From a bacterium (lineage in GTDB: Bacteria; Electryoneota; Electryoneia; Electryoneales; Electryoneaceae): a stretch of DNA of 64,000 nt. A program made the translations under genes and the position numbers. Each line of letters begins with the position of its first letter. Position 1 is the stretch's first letter. Location of the stretch: contig CAXXKJ010000002.1 in NCBI GenBank assembly GCA_963675295.2, positions 3,488,001-3,552,000 of the forward strand, in the 5' to 3' direction. A model generated the notes under the pieces. The model was given only the letters and a program-made list of their open reading frames with translations. It did no database searches and was not told the origin of the DNA. Shown in pieces: positions 19,591 through 29,072 of the stretch.

Positions 19591-20946
19591 ATGGCTTCTC
19601 CGAAACCGCGCTCGTTCAAGGGCACACGTGACTTCACCCCGCGCGAGATGATTCCGCGTGAACAGATCATCGGCACGATGAAGCGGGTGTTCCGGTTGTA
19701 TGGCTTCAGTCCGTTGGAAACTCCGGCGCTGGAAATGCTCTCGGTGTTGACCGGCAAGTACGGCGACGAGGGCGAAAAGCTTCTCTACAAGCTGGATTAC
19801 AAGAACGATGATTTCGAGAACCGGGTCGCGTTACGCTATGACCTGACGGTTCCGCTGGCACGTGTGATCGCGTCGCATCCGGAATGGCCGGTCCCGTTCA
19901 AGCGCTACCAGATCCAGCCGGTGTGGCGCGCGGACAAGCCGCAGACACGGCAGGGGCGATTCCGTGAATTCTACCAGTGTGACATCGACACCATCGGCGC
20001 GCCGGAGGGGTTGGCGGACGCGGAGATTCTCGCATTGACGGTCGCGATGCTGGACGAACTTGGCTTCAAGGACGGCGACAAGCGGGCGGTCGTGCAGCTC
20101 AATCACCGCAAGGTGCTGGAGGGAATCACGGTTCTGGCCGGGCATCCGCGTGAGGATCTCGCCGGGTTCTGCCGCGCGTTGGACAAGCTTGACAAGATCG
20201 GCCGCGAGGGGGTTGACGCCGAGCTGAAGCAGATCGGTGTCACCGATGACGGGCTGCGTCGTCTCGATGACGTGCTGCCGTTGGGCGAAGGCGGCAAGAA
20301 TCCGCATGAAGTGATCGAAGCGTTGCGCGGTGTGTTCGCGGACGAACCGGTCGCGTTGGAGGGGCTGGACGGACTGGCGTTGATCCTGACCAACCTTGAG
20401 CAGCTGGGGACGCCGTTGGACCGCATCAACCTCAACCCTGCGCTGGCGCGTGGGCTGGACTACTACACCGGCGCGGTGTTTGAATCGACGTTGCCCGAGC
20501 AGCCGCACATTGGCTCGTTGACCGGCGGCGGACGTTACGACAAGCTGATCGGCCTGTACGGCGGCGGTGACAAGCCGGCGGTCGGTACGACGATCGGTCT
20601 CGACCGCATGTTCGCCGCGATGGAACAGCTCGGCATGGCGGACACGGAAGCGCAGACGGTTACTCGTGTGCTGCTGGCGGCGTGGTCGGACGATCAGTTC
20701 GGCGCGTGCCTGCGGGCGGTGCGGGTGTTCCGTGAGGCGGGTGTCCCGGCGGAGGTATTCCCGACGACCGGAAAGTTGAAGAAACCGTTCTCGCACGCTG
20801 ACAAGCTGAACATTCCGTTCGTCGCGGTGATCGGTCCGGACGAGGCCGACCATCCGGACGGTCTGCATGTGTCGTTGAAGGATTTGCGCGCGGGGACGCA
20901 GGAGACGGTGCCAGTCGGAAAAGCGGTTGAGCTGGTGAACACGTAG
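19591..20946 (+). CDS. hisS: Histidine--tRNA ligase
   Basis: KGTRDF, LRYDLTVP, GRFREFYQCD, LARGLDYYTG, GGGRYD. Confidence 0.97.
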   Translation: MASPKPRSFKGTRDFTPREMIPREQIIGTMKRVFRLYGFSPLETPALEMLSVLTGKYGDEGEKLLYKLDYKNDDFENRVALRYDLTVPLARVIASHPEWPVPFKRYQIQPVWRADKPQTRQGRFREFYQCDIDTIGAPEGLADAEILALTVAMLDELGFKDGDKRAVVQLNHRKVLEGITVLAGHPREDLAGFCRALDKLDKIGREGVDAELKQIGVTDDGLRRLDDVLPLGEGGKNPHEVIEALRGVFADEPVALEGLDGLALILTNLEQLGTPLDRINLNPALARGLDYYTGAVFESTLPEQPHIGSLTGGGRYDKLIGLYGGGDKPAVGTTIGLDRMFAAMEQLGMADTEAQTVTRVLLAAWSDDQFGACLRAVRVFREAGVPAEVFPTTGKLKKPFSHADKLNIPFVAVIGPDEADHPDGLHVSLKDLRAGTQETVPVGKAVELVNT

Positions 20947-21039
20947 TATTTCCCTCCAGGGGAAATCGTACCAGAATTTCCGGATGAACCGGGGTACAGG
21001 GGGTATCTGCCGGACGTCCTTGTTGAGAGGAAACCGTCC

Positions 21040-22014
21040 ATGAAAGCCATTGTCTGTACCCGGTATGGGAGTCCGGACACACTCGAGCTGCGTGAAGTGG
21101 ACCAACCGGTGCCGCAGCCGGATGAGGTCCTGATTCGGGTTCGCGTCGCAACGATTTCTCCCGCCGACATTGCGGCGCGCACCGGCCAGCCGTGGTTCGC
21201 TCGTCTCGCCTTTGGCCTCACCAAACCGAAGAAAACGGTTCTCGGCTCTGAGTTTTCCGGCGTCATCGAAGCGGTGGGCGCGAACGTGGACAATTTCGCA
21301 CCTGGCGATGAAGTGTTCGGCGCGTCCGGCGACGATTTCGGCTGCCACGCCGAGTTTGTATGCATGTCGAAGGACGAAGCGATTGTCCGCAAGCCCTCCT
21401 CCCTGTCCCATGAAGATGCCGCGGCACTGGGCGACGGCGCATTGACCGCGTTGCCGTTCCTGCGTGATCTCGGAAAATTGCACAGCGGCCAGGATGTGTT
21501 GATCAACGGTGCGTCCGGCGCGGTCGGATCGGCGGCGGTGCAGTTGGCGAAGCACTACGGCGCGATGGTGACCGGTGTCTGCAGCACGGCGAACGTCGAG
21601 TTTGTCACTTCGCTCGGCGCGGACCATGTGATCGACTACCGCAAGGAAGACTTCACGGCCTTAAGCCGCCGGTATGATATCGTGTTTGACACGGTCGGCA
21701 AGAGTTCGTTTTCGCAGAGCCGGCGTGTGCTCAAACCGGGCGGAATCTACTTGCGAACCATACCAACCTTCGCGGTGTTGTTGCAGATGTTGACGACGAA
21801 ACGGTTCGGCCAGAAAAAGGCGGCGATCGGGTTCATGGGACTGCGTCCGCCGCACAAGAAGATTGCCGACCTGCGGCTTTTGGCGGAGTTGTTTGACCAG
21901 GGCACCGTGAAGCCGTTTATCGGCAAACGCTTCCCGATGACCGAATATGTCCGGGCGCATGAGTTGGTGGAATCCGGACACAAGCAGGGCAATGTGGTTC
22001 TGACAATGACGTGA
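21040..22014 (+). CDS. NAD(P)-dependent zinc-independent MDR oxidoreductase (quinone reductase-like)
   Basis: MKAIV..RYGSP, INGASGAVG, VIDYRKEDF. Confidence 0.9.
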   Translation: MKAIVCTRYGSPDTLELREVDQPVPQPDEVLIRVRVATISPADIAARTGQPWFARLAFGLTKPKKTVLGSEFSGVIEAVGANVDNFAPGDEVFGASGDDFGCHAEFVCMSKDEAIVRKPSSLSHEDAAALGDGALTALPFLRDLGKLHSGQDVLINGASGAVGSAAVQLAKHYGAMVTGVCSTANVEFVTSLGADHVIDYRKEDFTALSRRYDIVFDTVGKSSFSQSRRVLKPGGIYLRTIPTFAVLLQMLTTKRFGQKKAAIGFMGLRPPHKKIADLRLLAELFDQGTVKPFIGKRFPMTEYVRAHELVESGHKQGNVVLTMT

Positions 22015-22087
22015 TCAGGGACTCAACGGGTCGCGTCGAGGTCAATGGAGTGAACCTGGCAGGCTTTTTCACCCCCCGGAGTTGACC

Positions 22088-22972
22088 ATGATCAAGACGG
22101 ACAAGAACATTTCGTCGTGGAAAGCGATTCGAACCTTCATGAAGGTCGGATCGTGTTCCGAGACGATGTGCAACGTGCTCAACCGTGCGTACGAGCAACC
22201 GCTGGAAACGGAAGAGAACGCCGCGATGCCATTGGCCGGCGGGCTGATGCAGCAGGGGTACCAGTGCGGCCTGATCTGGGGCGCGTCGCTGGCGGCCGGC
22301 GCGCAGGCCTACCGGCAGTATGGAGCGGGACCGCAGGCGGAATCGATGACGATCCGTGCCGCGCAGAAGGTGATGGGATCCTTTCGCACCCACAGCAAGG
22401 ACACCAATTGCTTTGAGATCACGGAAGTGGACTGGCGTGTGCCGAAAGAAATGCGCAAGTTCATGCTGAAGGGCGGCCCGATCCGTTGTTTCCACCGTGC
22501 AGGCCGGGCGGTACCGTTGGCTCATCGTGAACTGAAGGACACGTTCGCAGGAGCTGCGGAGGAATCGCCCGATGCGCCGGAGGGCCCGGTCAGTTGCGCG
22601 GCGGAGCTGGTCCGGAAGCTGGGTGGCAGCGAGCTACACCAGACGATGGCGTCCGGATTTGCAGGCGGGATCGGGCTTAGCGGTGGTGGCTGCGGAGCGT
22701 TGGGCGCGGCGATCTGGCTGTATGCGATGAAAGCGAAGGATGCCAACGGCGGCAAGTTGGATTACAACGACCCGAAGCTACGGCAGTTGGTCGAAGGATT
22801 CGCGAAACACAGCGGCTTTGAGTACGAGTGTGAGCAGATTGCCGGGCGGACGTTCAAGGACACGAGCGACCACGCCGCGTACCTGCGACAGGGTGGTTGC
22901 ACCGACCTGATTAACCAGCTGGCTGCGGATGTTGACGCCGGGCCGGCCACCACGGAGTCACCGGGCACGTGA
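22088..22972 (+). CDS. Tandem C-GCAxxG-C-C putative redox protein
   Basis: Two copies of the C...GG..CG...C...C pattern (QCGLIWG; GCGALGA). Confidence 0.8.
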   Translation: MIKTDKNISSWKAIRTFMKVGSCSETMCNVLNRAYEQPLETEENAAMPLAGGLMQQGYQCGLIWGASLAAGAQAYRQYGAGPQAESMTIRAAQKVMGSFRTHSKDTNCFEITEVDWRVPKEMRKFMLKGGPIRCFHRAGRAVPLAHRELKDTFAGAAEESPDAPEGPVSCAAELVRKLGGSELHQTMASGFAGGIGLSGGGCGALGAAIWLYAMKAKDANGGKLDYNDPKLRQLVEGFAKHSGFEYECEQIAGRTFKDTSDHAAYLRQGGCTDLINQLAADVDAGPATTESPGT

Positions 22973-23682
22973 CAGAACGAATTATACCACCATCACCCCG
23001 TACCCTCGCCCGGGTGACGGGAATCCTCTACCTGGTCATCTTCATCACCGCCGGCTTTGCAGAAGGGTTTGTCCGTGGTGGGCTGGTGATCCCCGGTGAT
23101 GCGGCAACCACGGCGGCGAACATCCAGGCGTCGGAAGGGTTGTGGCGCGCGGGATTCGTGGCCGATCTGATCGCATTCACCTGCGACGCGCTGGTCGGAA
23201 TCCTGTTCTACGTGCTGCTCAAACCGGTGAACTCGACGTTGGCGCTGGTGGCGTTGGTGCTGCGTCTGCTGGGTCATCCGGTGGTCGCGACGGTGAATCT
23301 GCTCAACCATTTCGCCGCGTTGCACGTACTGGGTGGAACCGGCACCCTGGCTGCGTTCAGCCCTGAACAGTTGCAGGCGTTGATGATGGTTTTCCTCGAC
23401 CTGCACGGAACTGGCTATTTGATCGCGGGCGTGTTCTTCGGCCTGCATCTGGCGTTGCTCGGGCACCTGATGTTCAGATCGGACCGTTTCCCGCGTTGGG
23501 TCGCGTTGCTGGTCGGACTGGCGGCGGTGGGCTACCTGATCGAGAGTTTCGGTACCTTCCTCGCGCCGGGTGGGGCAGATGTCTACGCGATGATTGTGCT
23601 TGCCAGCGCGGTGCTCGGAGAAATGGTGTTGACGCTGTATCTTCTGATCAAGGGCGTGAAAACGGTACCGGCGGACGCGTAA
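22969..23682 (+). CDS. DUF4386-like membrane protein
   Basis: ARVTGILYL, GDAATTAANI, FFGLH, LYLLIKG. Confidence 0.8.
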   Translation: MTERIIPPSPRTLARVTGILYLVIFITAGFAEGFVRGGLVIPGDAATTAANIQASEGLWRAGFVADLIAFTCDALVGILFYVLLKPVNSTLALVALVLRLLGHPVVATVNLLNHFAALHVLGGTGTLAAFSPEQLQALMMVFLDLHGTGYLIAGVFFGLHLALLGHLMFRSDRFPRWVALLVGLAAVGYLIESFGTFLAPGGADVYAMIVLASAVLGEMVLTLYLLIKGVKTVPADA

Positions 23683-23723
23683 GCCGGTTGGCGTGCTACC
23701 ATCCAGCAAGCCTGGGGAGATGA

Positions 23724-25232
23724 GTGGATCTATACGCGATACCGGTGCTGATTTCGGGGATTCTGACCGGGTTGCTGTCGATCATCACGTGGCTGTTCCG
23801 GCGGCGTGAACGCATCAACCGTGCCTTCTCATTTTTCACTGCCGCGATTGCGATTGACAGTTTTACCTACTTCGCCTGGTTCCAGGTTGGCAGCATTGAT
23901 CTGATGCAGACGTGGATGCGATTCATTTTCGTCGTCGGCTTCCTCGTGCCGATCGGGCTGATCGTGTTTTTCTTCGCGTTTACGGGTTATGACAAACGGA
24001 TGGACGAAAAGGTCCTCGGTATCAAGGTGCGGCATTACGCCTGGTTTTATTACTCCCTGTTTGCCGCGTGCATCCTGATGTCAATCTTCACCGACTGGTT
24101 GATCGCGCTCCCGGAACACCCGCAGAATATCTGGGATCATGAGGCGGGACCGTTTACCTATGCCATCTTCCCGCTGTTCGCGATGACGTCGTTTTACATG
24201 CTGATGCTCGCCTACCGTGCCTATCGCGATTCCGAAAACCGGCCGGACAAACGCTTCATCCAGCTGGTCAGCGTGGGGACGGTGTTGTGGATTGTTGTCG
24301 GCCTGACCAGCTCTGCGCTGACAACCCCTTCCAGCATCGTTGGCCTGTCCCTTACCTACTTCGGCAGCAGCGTGATGGCGGTTTTCTACTTCATCGCGAT
24401 TGTCAATTACCAGTCGGACAAGGTGCACGAGCTGAATGTCGGGCTTGAGCGGAAGGTCGAGGAGCGCACCCGTCACCTCGAAGAAACACGCGCTCAATTG
24501 GTGCAGAGCGAGAAGATGGCTGCGTTGGGCCACCTGGTCGCCGGTGTCGCGCATGAGATGAACACCCCGGTCGGTGCGGTCTACAGCACGCACAGCACAT
24601 TGACCGCCGCCGCCAACAAGTTGCGCAAGACGCTCGCGGATGAGCACGCGATCAACGTGGACGAGTCGAAAAACCTGGCGAAGGTGCTGAAGGTGCTGGG
24701 CAATGTCAGCGAAGTGATCCGTACCAGCGGGGAACGCATCACCGGGATCGTGAAACGGCTGAAAACGTTCGCCCAACTGGACGAAGCGGACGTGCAAACG
24801 GTCGACTTCAACGCCACCATCGAGAACACGCTGGAGATGTTCTCGTTCCACCTCAAGCCGGGGGTCACGGTTCGCACCGAGTTCGCCGAGCTGCCGCCGA
24901 TCACCTGTTATCCGGCTCAGATCAACCAGCTCGGGTTCCAGTTGCTGGCGAACGCGAACATGGCGATCGTCGGCGAGGGCGAGATCGTGCTGCGGACGGA
25001 GCAGCGTGAGGGCGAGCTGCGCTTCAGTGTGCAGGACAGCGGTCGTGGGATCCAGCCGGACCATGTGCCGCGATTGTTCGATCCGGGATTCACCGCGTGG
25101 ACGCTGAATGTCGGCACCGGGCTCGGCCTCGCGATTTGCTACCAGATCGCGCAGGAACACAAGGGCCGGATTGAAGTGCAGACGGAGGTTGGTACGGGAA
25201 GTACGTTCACGCTAATCTTTCCCATAAACTGA
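23724..25232 (+). CDS. 7TM sensor histidine kinase (NtrB-like core)
   Basis: N-terminal TM segments; QSEKMAALGHLVAGVAHEMNTP (H-box), DSGRGI, GTGLGL. Confidence 0.92.
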   Translation: MDLYAIPVLISGILTGLLSIITWLFRRRERINRAFSFFTAAIAIDSFTYFAWFQVGSIDLMQTWMRFIFVVGFLVPIGLIVFFFAFTGYDKRMDEKVLGIKVRHYAWFYYSLFAACILMSIFTDWLIALPEHPQNIWDHEAGPFTYAIFPLFAMTSFYMLMLAYRAYRDSENRPDKRFIQLVSVGTVLWIVVGLTSSALTTPSSIVGLSLTYFGSSVMAVFYFIAIVNYQSDKVHELNVGLERKVEERTRHLEETRAQLVQSEKMAALGHLVAGVAHEMNTPVGAVYSTHSTLTAAANKLRKTLADEHAINVDESKNLAKVLKVLGNVSEVIRTSGERITGIVKRLKTFAQLDEADVQTVDFNATIENTLEMFSFHLKPGVTVRTEFAELPPITCYPAQINQLGFQLLANANMAIVGEGEIVLRTEQREGELRFSVQDSGRGIQPDHVPRLFDPGFTAWTLNVGTGLGLAICYQIAQEHKGRIEVQTEVGTGSTFTLIFPIN

Positions 25233-25239
25233 CAGGGGG

Positions 25240-25466
25240 AACCACGGAATACACGGAAAAGCAACTGACGTCCACGAAAACCGCGAAAATGAAACGAAAA
25301 AACAAAAGAAACATCTTTATGAATAAATCATAATGGATCGAATTATGCAGCATTATTTATATTTATCATTATCTGTATTATCAATTATTATAGGTTGTTT
25401 TCGCTTATTTTCGTGCATTTTGTGGACTATCATCTTTTTTCCGTTTATTCCGAGTATTCCGTGGTT
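25240..25466. repeat. Nested imperfect inverted repeat around an AT-rich core
   Basis: AACCACGGAATACACGGAA / TTCCGAGTATTCCGTGGTT and inner GTCCACGAAA..GCGAAAAT / ATTTTCGT..TTTTGTGGAC. Confidence 0.7.
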
Positions 25467-25481
25467 GAGGAGAGGTATTTG

Positions 25482-26474
25482 ATGGCATACAAAACGCTTA
25501 TTCTCGGTGGAACGGGTTTCATCGGGCATCATATCGCGCGTGAGTTGCTCGCGAAGGGTCATACGGTCCGTGTGCTGGCGCGTGCGGGCGGCGACCGGTC
25601 GTTGCTCAAGGGGATGGATGTCGAGATCGTGGACGGCGACCTCAGCGACTCGTCCTCCCTGCTCGCGGCGCTGGAGGGCTGTGACGCGTTGATCCACGCC
25701 GCCGCGCACTACCCGGTGTGGTCGTTGGACGCCGACCGTGAGGCGGAACTCGGGCGTCAACAGATCCTGCGTGTGCACGAGGCGTTGGCGAAACATCCGG
25801 TCGAACGCTTTGTCTACGTTTCCGGGCCGGCTGCGGTCGGGCGCTATCCGGACGGGCGTCCGGCGGACGAAGACGCGCCGTGGCCGGAGGAACGCCGCAA
25901 GTCGGCGTATGCACGGGTGAAACGTGAGATGCAGGACCTGGTGCTGTACAACGCGCGGCGGACGAATGCGACGGTGGTTGTCCCGACCGGCACCTTCGGC
26001 CCGGGGGATCGCAAGCCGACGACCGGCCAGTTGATCGTGGACATCGCGGCCAACCGTGTGCCGGTGGCGTTGCACGGACGCACGAACGCGGTGTCGGTGT
26101 TCGCGGTGGCGGACGGTGTGCGGCGGACGTTGGAACAGGGCGCGGTCGGGCGGCTGTATGTGCTCGGGGACGAAAACCTGACGGTGCTCGAGCTGTGCAC
26201 ACGGATCGCGGATATCGTCGGCGTGCGCGCGCCACGGCTGGGCCTGTCGCCGGACATTCTGCGGCCGGTCGCGGTGATCGGGGAACACCTGGCGCGGCGG
26301 ATGCGGAAAGACCGTCCCGCGGTGCCCGTGGTCGGCCTCGACTTCGCGCTGTTCGGCACGCACCTCAGCAGCGACGTCGCGCGGAACGAACTGGGCTATG
26401 ATCCGTCGGCGTATCCGCTGGACGCGGCGCTGAAGGACGCGTGGGAGTGGTTCAAGGATCAGGAGATGGTGTAA
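25482..26474 (+). CDS. NAD-dependent epimerase/dehydratase (HpnA/dihydroflavonol reductase-like)
   Basis: GGTGFIG, HAAA, YARVK (YxxxK), FGPGDRKPT. Confidence 0.9.
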   Translation: MAYKTLILGGTGFIGHHIARELLAKGHTVRVLARAGGDRSLLKGMDVEIVDGDLSDSSSLLAALEGCDALIHAAAHYPVWSLDADREAELGRQQILRVHEALAKHPVERFVYVSGPAAVGRYPDGRPADEDAPWPEERRKSAYARVKREMQDLVLYNARRTNATVVVPTGTFGPGDRKPTTGQLIVDIAANRVPVALHGRTNAVSVFAVADGVRRTLEQGAVGRLYVLGDENLTVLELCTRIADIVGVRAPRLGLSPDILRPVAVIGEHLARRMRKDRPAVPVVGLDFALFGTHLSSDVARNELGYDPSAYPLDAALKDAWEWFKDQEMV

Positions 26475-26581
26475 GTTCATGGGTCGGTACAGGTTCAGGG
26501 ATTGGCCGGACCCGTTGCGCGGCGTCTCCGTTCCCCGGAACGGATTCTGCGTGGTAGCAGCGAATACAAGGGGGGATGATC

Positions 26582-26695
26582 ATGGCACAGCTGGTGATGT
26601 TAGGCGATTTCTTTCTGGGGCTGGGCGTTTTGCTGATCGGCCTCGCGGCGTTGTGGGGCGTGGCGGTGTGGAACGAAAAGGGGAAGAAGGGGTAG
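26582..26695 (+). CDS. Small single-TM protein (37 aa), below the ORF-track cutoff
   Basis: MAQLVMLGDFFLGLGVLLIGLAALWGVAVWNEKGKKG*; G-rich RBS 6 nt upstream. Confidence 0.55.
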   Translation: MAQLVMLGDFFLGLGVLLIGLAALWGVAVWNEKGKKG

Positions 26696-26763
26696 CACGT
26701 TTAGCTTTATATAAAACTAATATTATATAATATCTAAAAATACATTATCAATATAACCGGTTA

Positions 26764-27723
26764 TTAAAATTCGATGTATTGAAACAATTTTTGTTCAGAT
26801 TCTGGTAGCCGAGATATCAGTTTAACGTAATAACGCCGATTTATCGGCTTTATAAACGAAAGATACCCATATATTTTCATCCTCATCATTTTTTTGTCAT
26901 CAGTATCATTTTCTAACTTATTGTAGTGATATATCATTGATCGTATTGTACGGTATTTTCTCCTACCAACACTAACTTTATCATCATGTACTATTAAACC
27001 AGTTACTAATTTTCTCATTCCCGGCCCCATGATCCTTGTTTTCTCACTGTTTATTTTAAATTCTTCATCATTTACTATTTTTCCTACACCAATTCTTGCT
27101 TTACAAATCAGTTTTATATTATTTCCAGATATTGACATATCATCCGCGTATCTGCTATACGAAAGGCCTCTGGTTTTACAGTATCTATCTATTCTCTTAT
27201 CCATTATTTTAACTACTAAATTTGAAATCGCTGGTGATGTGGGAGCACCTTGAGGGAGCACTCCATTTCTTGTACAAAGTTTTGAAAGCATAAATGCAGC
27301 TTTATTACTGTATCCTAAATATCTGAATAGTAAGAATACGCGTTTTAAAGTAATACTGGGAAAAAAATCCTTTATATCAAGACATAATACAAATTTATTT
27401 CCCATATGAGCCTCTGCATTATCTATTATTGAGTATCCATATCTAAACCCTGTTGCATTATCGGGTAAATATATGCCAACTGGATCTAATACTCGTCTTA
27501 ATATCCATTTTTGTATCCCCTTCAACGTTGTTAATGGCGCATCTATGGCTCTATTTCCTCCGTTCTTTTTTTCAATATTAAAATGTATATAATATCTTGA
27601 TGAATCTTTAATAATATTAAATAATAAATATTTTGAAACACGTAATAAATAACTTAGCTCTTCCAAGGAATCGAAATCTGGAAGTTCCTCTACCTGGGCA
27701 ATATGTTCTGCAATCGGATCCAT
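26764..27723 (-). CDS. Retron-type reverse transcriptase
   Basis: YADD catalytic motif, LPQGAPTSPAISN, retron region X NAEAH (NAxxH), region Y VTGL; 319 aa. Confidence 0.95.
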   Translation of the reverse strand: MDPIAEHIAQVEELPDFDSLEELSYLLRVSKYLLFNIIKDSSRYYIHFNIEKKNGGNRAIDAPLTTLKGIQKWILRRVLDPVGIYLPDNATGFRYGYSIIDNAEAHMGNKFVLCLDIKDFFPSITLKRVFLLFRYLGYSNKAAFMLSKLCTRNGVLPQGAPTSPAISNLVVKIMDKRIDRYCKTRGLSYSRYADDMSISGNNIKLICKARIGVGKIVNDEEFKINSEKTRIMGPGMRKLVTGLIVHDDKVSVGRRKYRTIRSMIYHYNKLENDTDDKKMMRMKIYGYLSFIKPINRRYYVKLISRLPESEQKLFQYIEF

Positions 27724-27738
27724 GACTGTTTAAAAAAG

Positions 27739-27892
27739 GGATCGGAGTGAACTTTCCTAACTCTGAGAAATCCGTCAACTAAGCGACAGCCGAGCGAAGG
27801 CTGTCGCTTAGTTGAACGAGAGATGCTACATAACCTCATGGACGGCGCAACACCATCCGTAGTGTTCTAAGGAAGTGTAAACACTCCGATCC
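27739..27892 (-). ncRNA. Retron msr-msd non-coding RNA
   Basis: Perfect 11-bp a1/a2 repeats (GGATCGGAGTG at 27739-49, CACTCCGATCC at 27882-92); 17-bp msd stem 27775-27815; msr stem GGAUGGUG-UUG-CGCCGUCC; CCUUAG candidate branching G at 27867. Confidence 0.88.
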
Positions 27893-27899
27893 GCAGCCC

Positions 27900-28787
27900 T
27901 CAATAAGCATCTAGAATGTAGTTGCTTCGAATTAAATCAAAAGATGTAGAATGTTGTATTGTCTTTTTAACCAATCCTGACACAAAAGCATACCCTTGAC
28001 TTGTAATTTCATAATTATACCCCTGTACTTTTAAATACAAATCATTTATTAAAATATTTAACGATATAGGGATATTTTCATCTGCAACTTTTTGTGAATC
28101 AGGTATATTATGCAAATCAAGTAAGTATTTATACGCATCTATCAATATAGGTTCCGGAAACATATCAACAAATGAAGAGAAAAACAAGACAAAAAACTTT
28201 ATCTCAAGAGGATTTGATATAAAATCTTCTAATGATGTCTTCTTATCTCCAACAATTTTCCTTACTGCACTATGAATGTTTTTTATGATCTGCTTGCTGT
28301 ATTCATCGCTTAATATATTATCAAGATCATAGTATATAATTATGGAATCAGTATGTTTATCAAGATATCTAACGGGACCTTGCATTATAAAACTATTAGC
28401 ATTTTTGTATTGTTCATCAACTAAAACTATTAATTTATCTTTAAGTTTTTCATGATTTGTGAAGGATCCTAGCTCTGTAAAAGATCCAGGACTCTCTGGT
28501 ATGATTAAAACTGACTCCACACTTGACGCTAGTGTATTTTCTAATTCTAGTAGATTATATTTTTTACCTCTATATAGTAGATCTGTAAAAATATGTTCAG
28601 GATAATACACTTCTACATCAAAACCATATGCCTTTATTTCTAAAAGCCTATTTTTTATAATTTTTCTGATTGATTCTTGTTCATTAATGCTTTTACCAAC
28701 AATAAATAATTTTATCCTTTTTTCTATTAGGCTAGGATATATAAGGTCTAATGTATCCCTTGCTATATTTCGAGTCGTCGAATTCAT
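27900..28787 (-). CDS. Retron effector, NDT-like N-terminus plus wHTH-like C-terminus (Ec86/St85-like)
   Basis: YYPEHIF, NLLELENTLA, IIPESPGSFTELGSF, SFIMQGP; C-terminal YEITSQG; abuts the ncRNA. Confidence 0.85.
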   Translation of the reverse strand: MNSTTRNIARDTLDLIYPSLIEKRIKLFIVGKSINEQESIRKIIKNRLLEIKAYGFDVEVYYPEHIFTDLLYRGKKYNLLELENTLASSVESVLIIPESPGSFTELGSFTNHEKLKDKLIVLVDEQYKNANSFIMQGPVRYLDKHTDSIIIYYDLDNILSDEYSKQIIKNIHSAVRKIVGDKKTSLEDFISNPLEIKFFVLFFSSFVDMFPEPILIDAYKYLLDLHNIPDSQKVADENIPISLNILINDLYLKVQGYNYEITSQGYAFVSGLVKKTIQHSTSFDLIRSNYILDAY

Positions 28788-29072
28788 GTCTTTGGCTCAC
28801 TTTTCTTGCATCCATCCCGAAGAGGACTGACGTGAAAACGCTGACAAGAGGAACCTATGGTAAGATATGCTCAATTAGTCGAGAAATCAATACTCTGAAC
28901 TTTACTTATATAAACCTATCAGGAATAGTTTTCGAAGGCCCTTTACCTAGCCTTCATTTGATTTACATCGAATTGAACTTTTCCTCTCCTCGTGGCCTCT
29001 ACTGGTAGACGGGTGCATGGGACGTCGTGTGGGTCGGCGTGCCTGTGTGGATCTGAAGCTGGAGAGGAAACC

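Noticed and set aside
26764-27723. Group II intron RT
   Set aside because: Too short, no maturase or endonuclease domain, and no domain V-like flanking RNA seen.
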